DNA of 62,913 nucleotides, filler included, from Olpidium bornovanus S191 (lineage: Eukaryota; Fungi; Olpidiomycota): the NCBI GenBank assembly GCA_017911155.1. It is 30 parts of 30 records of this genome, joined end to end, with 100 filler letters (N's around TTAATTAATTAA, not from the genome) between each part and the next. Parts side by side here need not be neighbours in the genome. Positions count along the whole stretch, not along the records: positions 1 to 1,509 come from JAEFCI010002521.1; positions 1,610 to 3,701 come from JAEFCI010009383.1; positions 3,802 to 6,577 come from JAEFCI010011307.1; positions 6,678 to 7,778 come from JAEFCI010009202.1; positions 7,879 to 10,118 come from JAEFCI010006860.1; positions 10,219 to 12,059 come from JAEFCI010007950.1; 24 more parts are not named here. One strand, given 5' to 3'. Positions 1 through 11,349 of this stretch are shown here, one piece after another. The notes under the pieces are model-generated. The model saw only the letters and a program-made list of their open reading frames with translations, was not told the DNA's origin and did not search any database. A program made the translations under genes and the position numbers. Every line of letters begins with the position of its first letter. The first letter of the stretch is position 1.

Positions 1-64
1 ATCTCGGAGGTCCACATCAGCCATCTGCACCTCACGGTCCTCGTACAGATCCATGGGCGAGTCG

Positions 65-137
65 GCCAATGATGTTGATGTGCCAATGATGTTGATGCGG
101 GCATCACTATGCCCAAGTTCTCACTATGCCCAAGTTC
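65..137. repeat. Two adjacent 17-bp-period tandem duplications
   Basis: gccaatgatgttgatg at 65 and 82; tcactatgcccaagttc at 104 and 121. Confidence 0.85.
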
Positions 138-149
138 GCCTCAGTTCTG

Positions 150-1005
150 GCCGACTTCTGGCAAAGCTGCAGGAGTTCCTTGCACGTCTGTCGTGTGTGG
201 GAAGAGCTGTTGCAGTTAGTTGCGAGGTGTCTTTTCATCCGGCATTCGTCACATACCTTGTCACGGGAGCTGGTGCCCCCGCGCTTGTGTATGCCCGCCT
301 TTGTCTGAGGCGCAAGGGCATTCCTCTTGACGCCCTTGGGTTTCTTGCCGTCTGGTTTCTACCCTTTGACAGACTTCTTCTTGTTGCGGGCGTCCGCCGC
401 GTGGGCCTCGACAGGGCGACTCTCGTTGTTGCGGAGAAGGATCTCCTGGTACCGCTCCGCAGTTAGCAAGGCCGTCATGAGGTCGCATGACTCTCATAGT
501 GGCGTTGCGGTACTGCTGGACGAGCACAGATACTGTGGAGGGGAACGCTGTTCGTCAACAGCGTCTTCTCCAGGAGCTCCTTTTCCGTCTTCTCCTCTCC
601 ACAGAAAGCGAGTTGTGACGCAATTGCGTGGAGCTCGTCATTGTATTCCGCGACTGTGGGGAAGTCCAGTAGGCGCAGCTGCGCCCAGTCCTCTCTTACA
701 CGCGGGAGGTACATTGTTTTCTGGTGGTCGCTTCCGCTTCCTGAGCTTTGCCCAGAGTTCGGAAGGGCCCTCCGTTTCGAGGTATTGCCTCTGGAGGGCG
801 GTGTCAAGGTGCTAGCGGAGGATCATGAGCGCCTTGTATTTCGTTTAAAGGGGGGTTTACTCAGCAGTTCACCTGTCAATCGTGGTCAGAGCAACTGCGC
901 CTACGCAGTTCTCAGAATGCAGCAAGTCTTTAGCGTTAAAGCACTAGGCAATGTAGTCCTCCCTGTCGGGCGTCAGAGGCAGGAACGGGAGGCTATGGAG
1001 GCACG
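150..1005 (-). mobile_element. Degenerate Ty1/copia gag (Bianca-like), pseudogenised
   Basis: Stitching frames gives FLPLTPDREDYIA*CFNAKDLL...YKALMILR*HLDTALQRQYLETEGPSELWAKLRKR/DHQKTMYLPRVREDWAQLRLLDFPTVAEYNDELHAIASQLAFCGEEKTEKELLEKTL...QQYR...LLRNNESRP, then a decayed zinc knuckle (CDECRMK..HLATNC). Two TAG stops and frameshifts. Confidence 0.8.
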
Positions 1006-1110
1006 GCGTCAGAAATTGAGCCTTCTGGCCGGCGGCAGCGCCGGTGGCGGGTAAAAACATTTTTCTTTTTTTCGTGAAAAAGGACGAGAGGTAAGGTGGT
1101 CTGTTCTGGT

Positions 1111-1150
<40 letters not shown>
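1111..1150. repeat. (GGC)n microsatellite
   Basis: About 13 GGC units. Confidence 0.95.
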
Positions 1151-1152
<2 letters not shown>

Positions 1153-1264
1153 GCGTCTTGCTGGTAACGTGTTGGAAAACGGAGCCTGTCCGTTGTTGTG
1201 TTTGGTGCGTATTGTGCTCTGTGAGTAAACCGGAGGGGAAACGTAAAGACACTCCTTATATATC

Positions 1265-1416
1265 CCTCCATGGCTCCATGGCTATTTCCATGGCTCCTTC
1301 CATGGCACCACGGCGGTGCGCCATGGTTGAGAGGGTCCCCGTGGCGCCCCGGCGGAGGGGGTCCCCGTGGCGATCCCCGTGGCGGTCCTCGTGGAGGTCC
1401 TCGTGGAGGTCTCGTG
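1265..1416. repeat. Degenerate short tandem repeats (ccatgg-rich, then ~12-bp cc(c/t)cgtgg units)
   Basis: ctccatgg/ttccatgg repeats grading into gtccccgtggcg, atccccgtggcg, gtcctcgtggag x2. Confidence 0.7.
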
Positions 1417-1509
1417 TTTTACAACAAAAACCGTGCAGAACAATAACGTCCGGAAAGCGTCCGCCCAAAGGGGAAAACAAAAACAGGTCCCGCTTCGCGC
1501 AGCATTCAC

Positions 1510-1609
1510 NNNNNNNNNNNNNNNNNNNNNNNNNNNNNNNNNNNNNNNNNNNNTTAATTAATTAANNNNNNNNNNNNNNNNNNNNNNNNNNNNNNNNNNN
1601 NNNNNNNNN
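1510..1609. other. Artificial contig-joining linker (first of 29 copies)
   Basis: 44 N + TTAATTAATTAA (stops in all six frames) + 44 N. Repeated identically at 3702, 6578, 7779, 10119, 12060, 16496, 20948, 23172, 25637, 26889, 28427, 29791, 30992, 33780, 34961, 36536, 38834, 40204, 42112, 44434, 45539, 47640, 48851, 50713, 53856, 56828, 58405, 60984. Confidence 0.99.
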
Positions 1610-2867
1610 CATGATTTTGCCTCATTCGAAAACAACAGTCACAGTTTTCGCAATTGTGGGAATGCGAGAACTTCTGGGTGCATTTACGCTTGACGGTATG
1701 TCGAACAAGAGTATCCGAAAATCTCATTCAGCCTTTTACTTCTCGTGCAACCTCCTCCTTTCATCGCTTGGCAATATGGCTGTGCATTTTGTGTGCCGGT
1801 CAGCAGCGGTATCGGCCTGTCCTGGACCAGCCTGTTTTGTCCGGTGGACATTCCTGATTGCGCCTTTCGAAGTAGACCTAATGTTTAGCGCATCAAAAAC
1901 AAGCGCTCCCGAGAACAGCAGCAGGACTAGGTAAAGCATAGGCTCACAAGGAAAGCCTTCCCGTGGCATCTGGGATGCGCCGTCAAATTGCTGGAGGACC
2001 AGGGGCGTGGGATTGATCGACACCGGTTAGTCTTCCAGTCATACCCCGAAAAGCCGACCTGACTAAGCTTGCCGTCGCCCTTTGCGACATACATCACACC
2101 GCACTACTCGGGAGAATGCGTACAGGCTGCGAAAGGCGCTCGTGCCCTGCCACCGTGGTCCACCAGCCTACCTGCGTGTAACACGTTAAAAGGCAAATAA
2201 ACGCGAAGATTCAAAGACCCTTAGCGACCTTGCCAGTTTGCATGGCCACGTTCGGGTGATCACGCGACCACCAAGAGTTTCTCTCGTCACAGCGCTTCTC
2301 GCCAACCGAGAGGCTCTCGGCGGGAGGGCCATCACGCGCGGCATTGCTGGAAGGCGTCAGAGTGCCTGATTTTAGACCCAAACCCGGGAGCCTGCGGACG
2401 AAAGAGCGCGGCGAAGTCGTCTTATTCCCTCTCTCCGTCGCAGCGTCGTTGGAAGGCTTGCGGTCACTAGGCCTCCTTCGGGCGCCAGTAGACGCCGCTG
2501 TTGGTGTGGCGTTTTGCCACCGGGCAAAACCCCCGCCACGCTCGTGGTCGTTACGCTGGCGTTTGGGCCGTCGGCTGGGCCGACCGCAACCAAAAAGCCT
2601 GGAGAACAACGCGGATTGTTCGGCAGTCTCGTTTGCGCAACGTCGCAATCTCGCAGACTCAGGCGCTTCAGGGGCGCCTGGAACCGACGATGCCGTTCAC
2701 GGCTACCCCTCCCTCGTCCGCGCGACCGCCGCCCTCGCCGCGCCCAAAGCCGCGTTTCCTCCGCGCAGGTACGACGGAAAGACGAATCGGGATAGGAGAA
2801 ACGCGTTCCTGGTCACGCTTGCTTTCCTGTCGCACGTCCACGAGCCGATCACTAGAGGAGACGACGG

Positions 2868-3701
2868 TTGAACCTTTTCTTAACGGGCGGCACCTCCGTC
2901 TCGACAGCTGCCGGCGCAGGTTGCGCTTCCGGCTGCATCGGGCCCCCGAATGTTCCAGGACAGACCAAGCTCGTGGCGGCGACAACCACTAACGTGGGGA
3001 TCTCCGCGTCGTATTCGTCGTCTGTCGACGGGTCAAGTGGGTCCCGGAGGGTCGGCGCGACCCGAGCATTGCTAGAACGCGCTGCTGGTCAAGAGGAAGT
3101 TCGCACGGTACGCGGAGATCCCTCGGAAAGTTTTGTTCCGATCCACGACCGGCATCGAGGCCTTGTCGTTTTGACTCGACTTACGAATAAGGGCTTGGTT
3201 TCCCGCCAGCACCAGCGCAGAACCCGGACGCCCTCCCCTCCCAAGCGGCTTTCGCCCCGGAACGACTCCGAAGCATCGTTCACAGCGACTTCCACGAGCT
3301 CTAGCGCGCTGTCGGCGTCCACGGATGGACAAGAAGGCCAGCGAGGTTCACAAAGCTCAGGCTTCGGCGTGCCGTTTGCGCGAAGCTCGCCGGTGGCGCT
3401 TCAAGAGAGCCACCAAAACCGGCAACCGGCGCGACACAGCACGTCCGAGCCCGTGGAGAACCCGTTTCTGGCCTCCGACGAGAAAGAGGAGAATTACCCT
3501 GATAGCCTGCACGTCATGCAGACAGCCTTGAGCGCGGAAGCTATCTCCACAAGCCGAAGGACGTCAAAGGCGGGGCCACTAAGCCAGTACTCCGAACCCT
3601 CCCTGTCGCCGACAAAGATCAGCTACGTTCACAGCTCCACAGCGACGGCAGCTGTAACAGAGGAAGACCGGACGCAACTCACGGACGCGCTGAACAACAT
3701 G
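2868..3701 (+). CDS. Hypothetical Ser/Thr-rich protein, 3' partial
   Basis: Open frame of more than 270 codons running to the contig end; low complexity, no recognisable domain. Confidence 0.3.
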
Positions 3702-3801
3702 NNNNNNNNNNNNNNNNNNNNNNNNNNNNNNNNNNNNNNNNNNNNTTAATTAATTAANNNNNNNNNNNNNNNNNNNNNNNNNNNNNNNNNNNNNNNNNNN
3801 N

Positions 3802-4010
3802 CATGATGGTCACAGAAGTCCTCATAATCTTTATCGCTCCCCATCCGCTGTCCACCTAATGGAGTTCGCACAAGAGTTCGAAAAGTGCAGCAAGATTTCT
3901 AAATGCTGTGGAGCAATTGACACCTCCCGTATTTCCATAGGCAGGCCAACTTCCCACAGCGAGGTCTACTTCAATCGGAGTATAGGCTCCAAGCATCAAT
4001 GGAGCCTCAC
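3802..4010 (+). mobile_element. PIF/Harbinger DDE transposase fragment
   Basis: AQEFEKCSKISKCCGAIDTSRISIGRPTSHSEVYFNRS matches the Harbinger motif F...GF..C.GAIDG.HI.I..P......Y.NRK. Truncated, and followed by a CA microsatellite. Confidence 0.7.
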
Positions 4011-4105
4011 GTGGCGCCTCCGGCAGTCGTCCTGGGGTGGTTGGCACGGTGCCGTGTCTTTGCTGCTCCGCAATGACAGACAGCGCAGCGGACAAACGCA
4101 CCAAG

Positions 4106-4109
<4 letters not shown>

Positions 4110-4166
<57 letters not shown>
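4110..4166. repeat. (CA)n microsatellite
   Basis: About 28 CA units. Confidence 0.98.
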
Positions 4167-4167
<1 letters not shown>

Positions 4168-4200
4168 CACGCGCAGCGCGGAGAACCTCCAAAGCGAAGG

Positions 4201-6577
4201 ATGAGCGGTGAGTTATCGGCGCACTCTTTCTCCCCCGTAGCAGAGAAGGAAGCGGCATACAGCGTTCCGGACATCTTTATTGACTAAGAGGACTGGGATG
4301 CGAGAGACCCGGAACGCGCACTCCGCCCCCGCTCACCTCAGAACTGCCTGCTGTCGAAATTCGCCTTCTCCCTACTCGCCCCTCTTTCGCTTCCCTTTCT
4401 CGCGGCCGCAGGGTTCAGCTTCCAACCTCCCGCAACTGGTGAGTGGACCCCGCTATCGCAGTGCTGGCACGCGGAAAAATCGGCAACTGTTCTAGTGTTC
4501 GCTCGGGAGTCGCGTCGGAACAATTTTGCACCGCCTTAGGTCGACCCGAACTCACGACTTTATCCCACCCCCCGCCGCAGCGGGATCCACGGCAGCGCCC
4601 GTGTTTGGCGCGCAGGCGAGCGGCCAGGCGGCACCCCCTCCCAGTTTCTCTTTTGGGGCGCCCTCAACGGGTGCGACGACAAACATGTTCGGTTCGGGAA
4701 ACACGGGCTTTGGAAGTACCGGCGCAGGTTTCGGTTCGAGAACAGCTAGCGGGACGTCGTCGTTCGCTGGGCAGCCGGCTACAACGGCAGGGGCCACCGG
4801 TAGTACCGGATTCACCTTCGGTGCGAAGCAAGCGACACCGGGCTTCGGCGCCCCGGTCTCCGGTGCTACACCATTCGTCGCCACGGCGCCGTCGGGGACG
4901 AGCACACCGGCATTTGGTGGTTTTGGTTCAACGTCTATGACGCCTGCACCAACGTTCGGACAGCAGCCCGCTGCGCCGGCGGGGTTTGGATCTAACGTTC
5001 TGTCAGGCGGCGCAGGTGGCCAGACCTTGAATTTTGGCGCGAGCAAAGCCACACCGGCCTTTGGCACACAGATTGCAACACCAGCTTTCCCCGCTGCAGG
5101 AAGCGCGCCGGCATTGGGCTCTGCTTCGACTCCAGCTTTCGGCGCACCGATCTCGGCAGCCCCAAGCTTTGGGGCGGTAACCCCTGCACCTGGGGCGTTT
5201 GGTTTGTCGAACGGCACACCGCTGGGTTTCGGAACGTCGAATCCGTCTACGGCTCCTGCGCTCAGTGGCGTCGCCACTGGGTTTGGTTCCACGACGCCAG
5301 CGGCAACCCCGGCGTTCGGCACTGGCGCACCAACAGCCTCGTTTGGAAGTACGTCGACAGCACCCGCTTTTGGTGCAGCGGCATCGACGGCCACTCCGGC
5401 GTTTGGCTCTGCAACGCCTGCATTTGGCTCAGCGACGCCCGCCGCCGCTCCTGCTTCCGGTGTGGCCCCCGCCTTTGGATCAGCATCAACAACCACTCCC
5501 GCATTTTCGTTTTCAACTTCTGGAACTGCACCTGGGTTTGGGGCCAATCCGGCGGCGTTACCGGCTTTCGGCGCAGCTACATCAGTTCCCTCCCAGCCCT
5601 TCGGCACTGCGACGTCCACAGGGGCCCCGGCGTTTGGAACCGCCTCGACGACTGCACCAACTTTTGGGACAGCTACCCCTGCACCGACTCCACTTTTCGG
5701 GTCGACCGCACCGGCTGCCGCTCCAGCTTTGGGCGCGTCTTCGTCGACGACGACTCCCGCATTCGGTACAGCGGGATCCACGGGAATCCTACCGTTCGGT
5801 GCAGCCACGTCTGCTGCCTCACTTGGGGCGCCGTCGGTTACTTCGACGGCGTCGTTCGGAACTTCCAACACGGTCGCTGCTCCGCTGTTCGGCGCTCCCG
5901 CTGGCGCGACGAACACTTCGCAACCTACTTCAACTTCTCTGTTTGGTGGTCCTGCATCCGGTCCCGTTGTTTCGAGCGCGCCTCCTGCGACAGCCGGGTT
6001 CAACTTTGCCACGACGTCAATTGCAAGTTCAACACCAGCCGTGACGACCGGATTTACGTTTGGTAGTGGGGGCGCAGCGCCCGCCACGCCCGCCTCGGGT
6101 ACTTTTGCACCGAAAGCACCTGTCTCTGGTTCGACCACTCCTGCTGGTACTCCAACTCCATTCACCGGTTTTGGCGGCTTAGCGGCTGCACAGCGCTCGT
6201 CAACTGCCGGGCCTGTGCCTGCTACCACCACGGCGACACCTGTAGGAAGTGCCACGCCGTTGGCCGGAACGACGACGCTAAGCCTTCCCGGGGCGTCCAC
6301 AACCCCGTTGGCGACCCCGCCGTCAATCCTGTTCAAGCCTCCGGTGGTTTCGACGCCCGCTTCATCTACGGCGACAACGTCTTCTTCCGCTACAGTGCCT
6401 GGCAGTGCGGCGCCGGGAACAACAGTCGCCAGCACGCCTCTGTTCGCTGGTGTTGGCAGCTCGAAGCCCGCCGCAGGGTTTGCCTTCCCTGCTCCCACCA
6501 CGACAGCGACGCCCTCCGCTATCTCAGCTCCTATCTCGACGGCGGCAACGACGGTGCCAGCCACCACAACTTCCATG
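4201..6577 (+). CDS. NSP1: FG-nucleoporin Nsp1/Nup62, N-terminal FG region, 3' partial
   Basis: Exons 4201-4207 (ATGAGCG|gtgagt), 4412-4438 (ccgcag|GGTTCAGCTTC...ACTG|gtgagt) and 4581 onward splice in phase to MSGFSFQPPATAGSTAAPVFG. Many PAFG/FG repeats follow, then a Thr/Ala/Pro linker, as in Nup62. The coiled-coil C-terminus lies beyond the contig end. Confidence 0.8.
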
Positions 6578-6677
6578 NNNNNNNNNNNNNNNNNNNNNNN
6601 NNNNNNNNNNNNNNNNNNNNNTTAATTAATTAANNNNNNNNNNNNNNNNNNNNNNNNNNNNNNNNNNNNNNNNNNNN

Positions 6678-7453
6678 CGACAAGGGCTGCAAGTGGAACC
6701 TCCGCAGCCTCAAGCTGTTCCTGGTCAGCAAGCACGGCGCGGCGCCGGTCAACAACGTGTTCACCGAAATCGAGGCGCTCGTCGTCCGGAGCCTCATGTC
6801 CGTCCAGCGCGTCATGATAAACGACAAGCACTGTTTCGAGCTCTACGGCTACGACGTGCTCATCGACCGGACTTTGAAGCCGTGAGACCCTTTTTTGATT
6901 TTTATGCGGGGTTTTTACGAAACCCCGCAGCCCCTGAATTTAATCCTTTTTCTTTTGGCGGGGGGAAACAGGTGGTTGCTGGAAGTGAACGCGTCGCCCT
7001 CGTTCAGCTGCGAGAACCAGGCCGACTACGACCTCAAGTACGGCGTGCTCAAAGATTGTTTTGAATGCGTGGACGTCGAGAGGCGGTAAGGACGGAAGGA
7101 CGGAGAGCGGCCGTCGTCCCTCCCCCTCCGCGCGCGCCACGCCTTGCGAAACGCGCTTTGCTCGCGGCTGGCGGCGGGCGGTTGGGGGAAGGGGGGGGGG
7201 GAGGAGTAAGGGGGGGCCTCGCTTTGCGGGACGACTTTTAATTTTTTTTTTCTTTATTTCCCCTTCGCACTAAAAAACCCGGACGAAACCCCAACCCCGT
7301 CCCTCCCCCGCCCCCCACCCCCCCCCACTCCGTCCTTTCCTCCGCAGACTGCTGCCGGACAAGAAAGTGCGGTCCCGCGTAGGGGGCTTCGACCTGGTTT
7401 ACAACGACGGGCCTGTCGTCCACGAACGCGCCAGCGACTACAGCTCGTACCTA
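6678..7453 (+). CDS. TTLL9: Tubulin polyglutamylase TTLL9, internal/C-terminal exons
   Basis: Exons ~6678-6881, 6973-7086, 7348-7453 give DKGCKWNLRSLKLFLVSKHG...[84 protein letters not shown]. The GCKW, SKHG and RVGGFDL..NDGPV motifs are TTLL9-type. Confidence 0.85.
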
Positions 7454-7890
7454 GGTCAGAACCGGGAAAAAAAAACAAAAAAAAAACGAAAACGGGGGTT
7501 CACCGGTCCCCTCTCCCCCCCCCTTTTTTTCCCCCGTCCTCTCCCCCGCCCGTCCGTTTTGCCCGAGCTCTCCCGAAATTTACTTACTTCCGCTGCCGGG
7601 GGGGGGGGGGGGGGGGGGGGGGGGGTGGGGGGGTTTGGGGGGGGGGGGTTGGTTGTGGCGTCTCGAGGGTTAAGGGGAAAAGCCCCAAGCACCGGGGGAA
7701 TTAATCCCCGACGAGCGGGGGTTTGCTCCGCATGGTCCCCGGCGGGTTACCGGATGCCCGCACCGGCTGGCCGCCGAGNNNNNNNNNNNNNNNNNNNNNN
7801 NNNNNNNNNNNNNNNNNNNNNNTTAATTAATTAANNNNNNNNNNNNNNNNNNNNNNNNNNNNNNNNNNNNNNNNNNNNAATAGAGCAATT

Positions 7891-7933
7891 TCCGAGTTAT
7901 GTCCGAGTTTTGTCCGAGTTTTGTCCGAGTTAT
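7891..7933. repeat. 11-bp tandem repeat x4
   Basis: tccgagttat-g / tccgagtttt-g / tccgagtttt-g / tccgagttat. Confidence 0.9.
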
Positions 7934-9198
7934 AGTCCCAGCAGTTTACTGCTGAGACGGCACACTGACGGCTTCCGCTCTTCATTATGGGGTGTCATGT
8001 TCACCTCTGTCCCAAAATCTCACTTCACTTCGTCTCCAGCTGCGGTCGCCGTTGCTTCGCAATGTGCTCTAGATGATATAACCGCCCAATCGGTGTGATT
8101 GGAGGACTGTTCTCAAGTTGGAAGCTGTCAATTGAGGGTGTTGGCACGGGGCAAACCAATCCTGGCTGCACTGTGATTCGACGACATCCGGCAAAGAAAG
8201 CCGCTGCAGGCTATCAGATTGGTCATTTGTATTAGCCGCCCAATCGCTTCGCATGCTGGCCCCGCGCTGTCCGTCGTGCGGCCGCTGTGGTCGGTTCCCG
8301 ACGACACCAGGTGATATGTACCATCGGAGCTTCCTGATCTCGATGACCCGATACCAACGTTCGTGCTGTTCCCGTTCGGATTTTCCCACTTGGGCGGCGT
8401 TCGATCAGTATACAGCCCGTAACAATTAGCTTTCCGGCCGACGGACGGGCCATGGACACGGTTGTTCGTGTCGAAATGGTAGACTCCCGTCGAACAAAAA
8501 CTCGTCCTGTCGCATTCAACTGCGATCATTTTGGCCTTGTCGAGCTGGCAGGTTCTGCGCCGCTGCACGCTGCAAAAACCTCCTGTCTTCACTTTCCCGT
8601 CTTTTCGTGTACCGTTGCACGACTATTTGAGCAGTTTTCGCGTGGGGGAATGTTTTCGTCGCGGCAAGGGGCTGCGGACTGTCGCTCTCGGCTACTTTCC
8701 GCACCGTCGCCGCTATCAGCTGAGCGGTGAAAGAAACTGGAGAGAAGTCTGCCGTTCCTTCGCTTGGCGTTCCTGGCCTGGTCCCTCGGGTGTCGTCGAT
8801 GTGCGGAGCCCGGCGCACAACGCTTTGCGCTGCCGCGGACGACAAAACCAGCCGAGCCTGGACTGGTGCCGGCGGGAGGACTTGCGTCCAGCCGTCGCCT
8901 CCTCTGATCGGGCGCCTCCTGCGGCGAGAAGAATACGGCATAAAGAGGAAGACGGCGCAGTCCGGGAAGCGGGGCGCGGCCGGCCAAAGGTGGACGGCGC
9001 GCGTCCAGTGCGACGATTATGCACCTGCGCTGGCGGGGAGGGAGCCAGAACAAGGGCCAGCCGGGTATTCAGAGGAAATAAAAAATTCGGAAGGGGTTCG
9101 CTCCCATCACGGCCCCACTTTTTCCCCGAGCCGATCTCGCACGGACGAGCGACCGACGACCAACGAGACGAGAACCGCGCGTCGACGTCGATCCGCGC

Positions 9199-9896
9199 AT
9201 GGCAGCGCAGAAGCAGGGCGGAACGAAGCAGCGCGACGGAGTGCTGAAGGAGAGGGAGGGCAAATCCGAAGACACGAAGATCGCCACGGTGGACGTCGCG
9301 GCGGAGGGCATCCCTCCGCCGGCTGCGCCCCGAAACGCCCCTCCGCCTCCGTCCCAACAGGCCCCGGCAACTCGTTGTACACAGCAAGCCGATAATAGCG
9401 GATCGCCAGTCACCGCAAACACGAGCTGCCCTGCCGGCCAGGATGGACAGCGACCAGCTGTGGATTGGACCACGTCATCCGAAACCCCTCAGGCTTCCGT
9501 CCCCGGCGCAGTCTCGGCGATGGGCAAAACTGTTGGCGACGCGTCTTCGCGAAACTGCGCCGCCGATGATATCGGGCCATACGTGCCTTTTGATAGCGAC
9601 TCCGTTCTTCGGGAGCTGGAAGAAACGAAAGCGCAGATTTGGGAGGAGTATACGGGTGGGGGTTGCCGAGTTGATTTGAGCGCTGTATCCGGCTCCCTTA
9701 TCACTTGTCGGCCCCTCCTGACGGAAATCTGGTTGCATCTTTGGACGCACCTTTAGACCTCGTCGACAAGCTTGGCCAAGCTATGAACCAGGTGTGCGCT
9801 AACGTAGCCGGGTATCTCCAGCGCGAGCTCGGCCAGGCTGAGATCGAGTTGACTGCGGCAGTGGAAAGAATCCGCCACCAGGAGGCGAAGCAAGGT
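9199..9896 (+). CDS. Hypothetical spliced protein with a coiled-coil exon
   Basis: ORF 9199-~9655, then ctttag| exon DLVDKLGQAMNQVCANVAGYLQRELGQAEIELTAAVERIRHQEAKQ ending at caag|gtgagg. Confidence 0.4.
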
Positions 9897-10218
9897 GAGG
9901 CATTATGCGATGCAGCCCTCGAGTACCCCGCTGAACGGAACGTTGGCATCGGCGTGCTAGGTATGCGTGCACTGCCAAAGGCCGAGGCCAGAAAGCGCCA
10001 TGCGCATAATGATGGGGGACCTTGAACAGCGCCGGGATGCGCATTTCCCGGTTTAGTTCGCCAGTGGTTCTTCGGTCAGAGCGAAAGGACTCAATTTTGA
10101 TGCACATTAGGTGCCGCTNNNNNNNNNNNNNNNNNNNNNNNNNNNNNNNNNNNNNNNNNNNNTTAATTAATTAANNNNNNNNNNNNNNNNNNNNNNNNNN
10201 NNNNNNNNNNNNNNNNNN

Positions 10219-10630
10219 AGCGAGAAGCTGAAGCTGCACATGGTGTTTGCAGCGAGGGGGGGTATTGTGGATGAGCTTTATAGCAGACGCTGCTGCTCAC
10301 CATGGCTTATATGAAGCCTTATATGCCTTATATGAAGGCCTTATATGTACCTTTACCGCCTCTTTTATTCCTTCCCTGCGCCTCCCTGCTCTTTTCTGCT
10401 TTTCCCCAGCCTTCCCTGCACTTCTCTCCTGCTTTCCTGCGCTTTCTCCGTCTTTCTGCGCGTTCTTACGTTGATTTTGAGCCGTTTTGCGACTTTGGGC
10501 GAAGTACCCTAGTCCCCATTGGTTACCGTTGCGTCGGTAATCTGGGGGGGGGAGATTCTGAGCACCCCCCGCATTTTTTACGAACTTCTTTACGCGTTTT
10601 CTCGGCCCCTACCACACCGATTCCCGTCAA
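10219..10630 (+). mobile_element. Possible copia 3' end: pol tail, PPT and LTR start
   Basis: EKLKLHMVFAARGG ends in a purine tract (gcgagggggggg, ~10251-10262) followed closely by TGT. Repeated cttatatg (TATA-like) units follow. The LTR end is uncertain. Confidence 0.35.
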
Positions 10631-11349
10631 ACTTTGAGGAAATTACCGCCCCATGAACGCGCAACTTTCCCCAAAGTTAGAACCCGATCGGCGCCCGGAC
10701 GGCGGAGAACGAAGACAATATATCCCAAAACGAGGCGAATTTGTGCTTCTTTTGACGACTGCAAAGTGGAGACCGGCTCAATCGGCGAGCCGTGACCACA
10801 GGCATACTCTTCTCGCCAGCGCGGATCTGCTACAGCAAACAGATTGGAAATCGGACGCTTCTCCGCTGAGAACGAGACCTCCGAAGTTTAGGAAAATAGC
10901 ACCCCCTTATCCTTTTCAAGAGAAACACATTTGGCCTTCTCTACCATCTCCCCTGTCCATTTACAAAATTTAAGACCCGGGAGAACCCTGGAAGTCTGTG
11001 GCGACATCAACTTCCATATAGAGCGGTGTGGGAGAAGCAGCAGAAGCCATGGACTGGAACAAAAGGCGCTTGGGGGTAATGATTGTTTGGGATTTGAGAA
11101 ACAGGCGGGGAATGACACCCTGTCGCAAAGTGAAGGATGGCTTTTATATCAAAAAAATGTAAACCGGCCTGTCGCCTGGAGGAAGTTGAATTTTCCTGTT
11201 CAAGGGCAGGGGGCAGAATCTCCTTGGCTCTTCCTGGACAAGAATTATTGTGTGGTTCAGTAGAAGAAGCCTCATCAACTGGGGGAAAAAAAGGGTGGTG
11301 TATCCGTTGCCGTTGCTGGGATTTGCATTAGCCATTAATTGCCCGGCAA

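Noticed and set aside
1554-1565. Regularly repeated TTAATTAATTAA (PacI-containing) palindrome
   Set aside because: Always flanked by exactly 44 N on each side: an artificial concatenation linker. ORFs ending in X...LIN are artefacts of it.
4552-6576. 674-aa minus-strand ORF
   Set aside because: Antisense shadow of the NSP1 FG exon; stop-free because of codon bias.
8128-9395. Several overlapping 150-240-aa ORFs on both strands
   Set aside because: No recognisable motifs; consistent with GC-rich stop-codon scarcity in a promoter/UTR region.
10990-11020. CGDINFH as an APE endonuclease (GDFN) of a non-LTR element
   Set aside because: No other endonuclease or RT motifs nearby in any frame.
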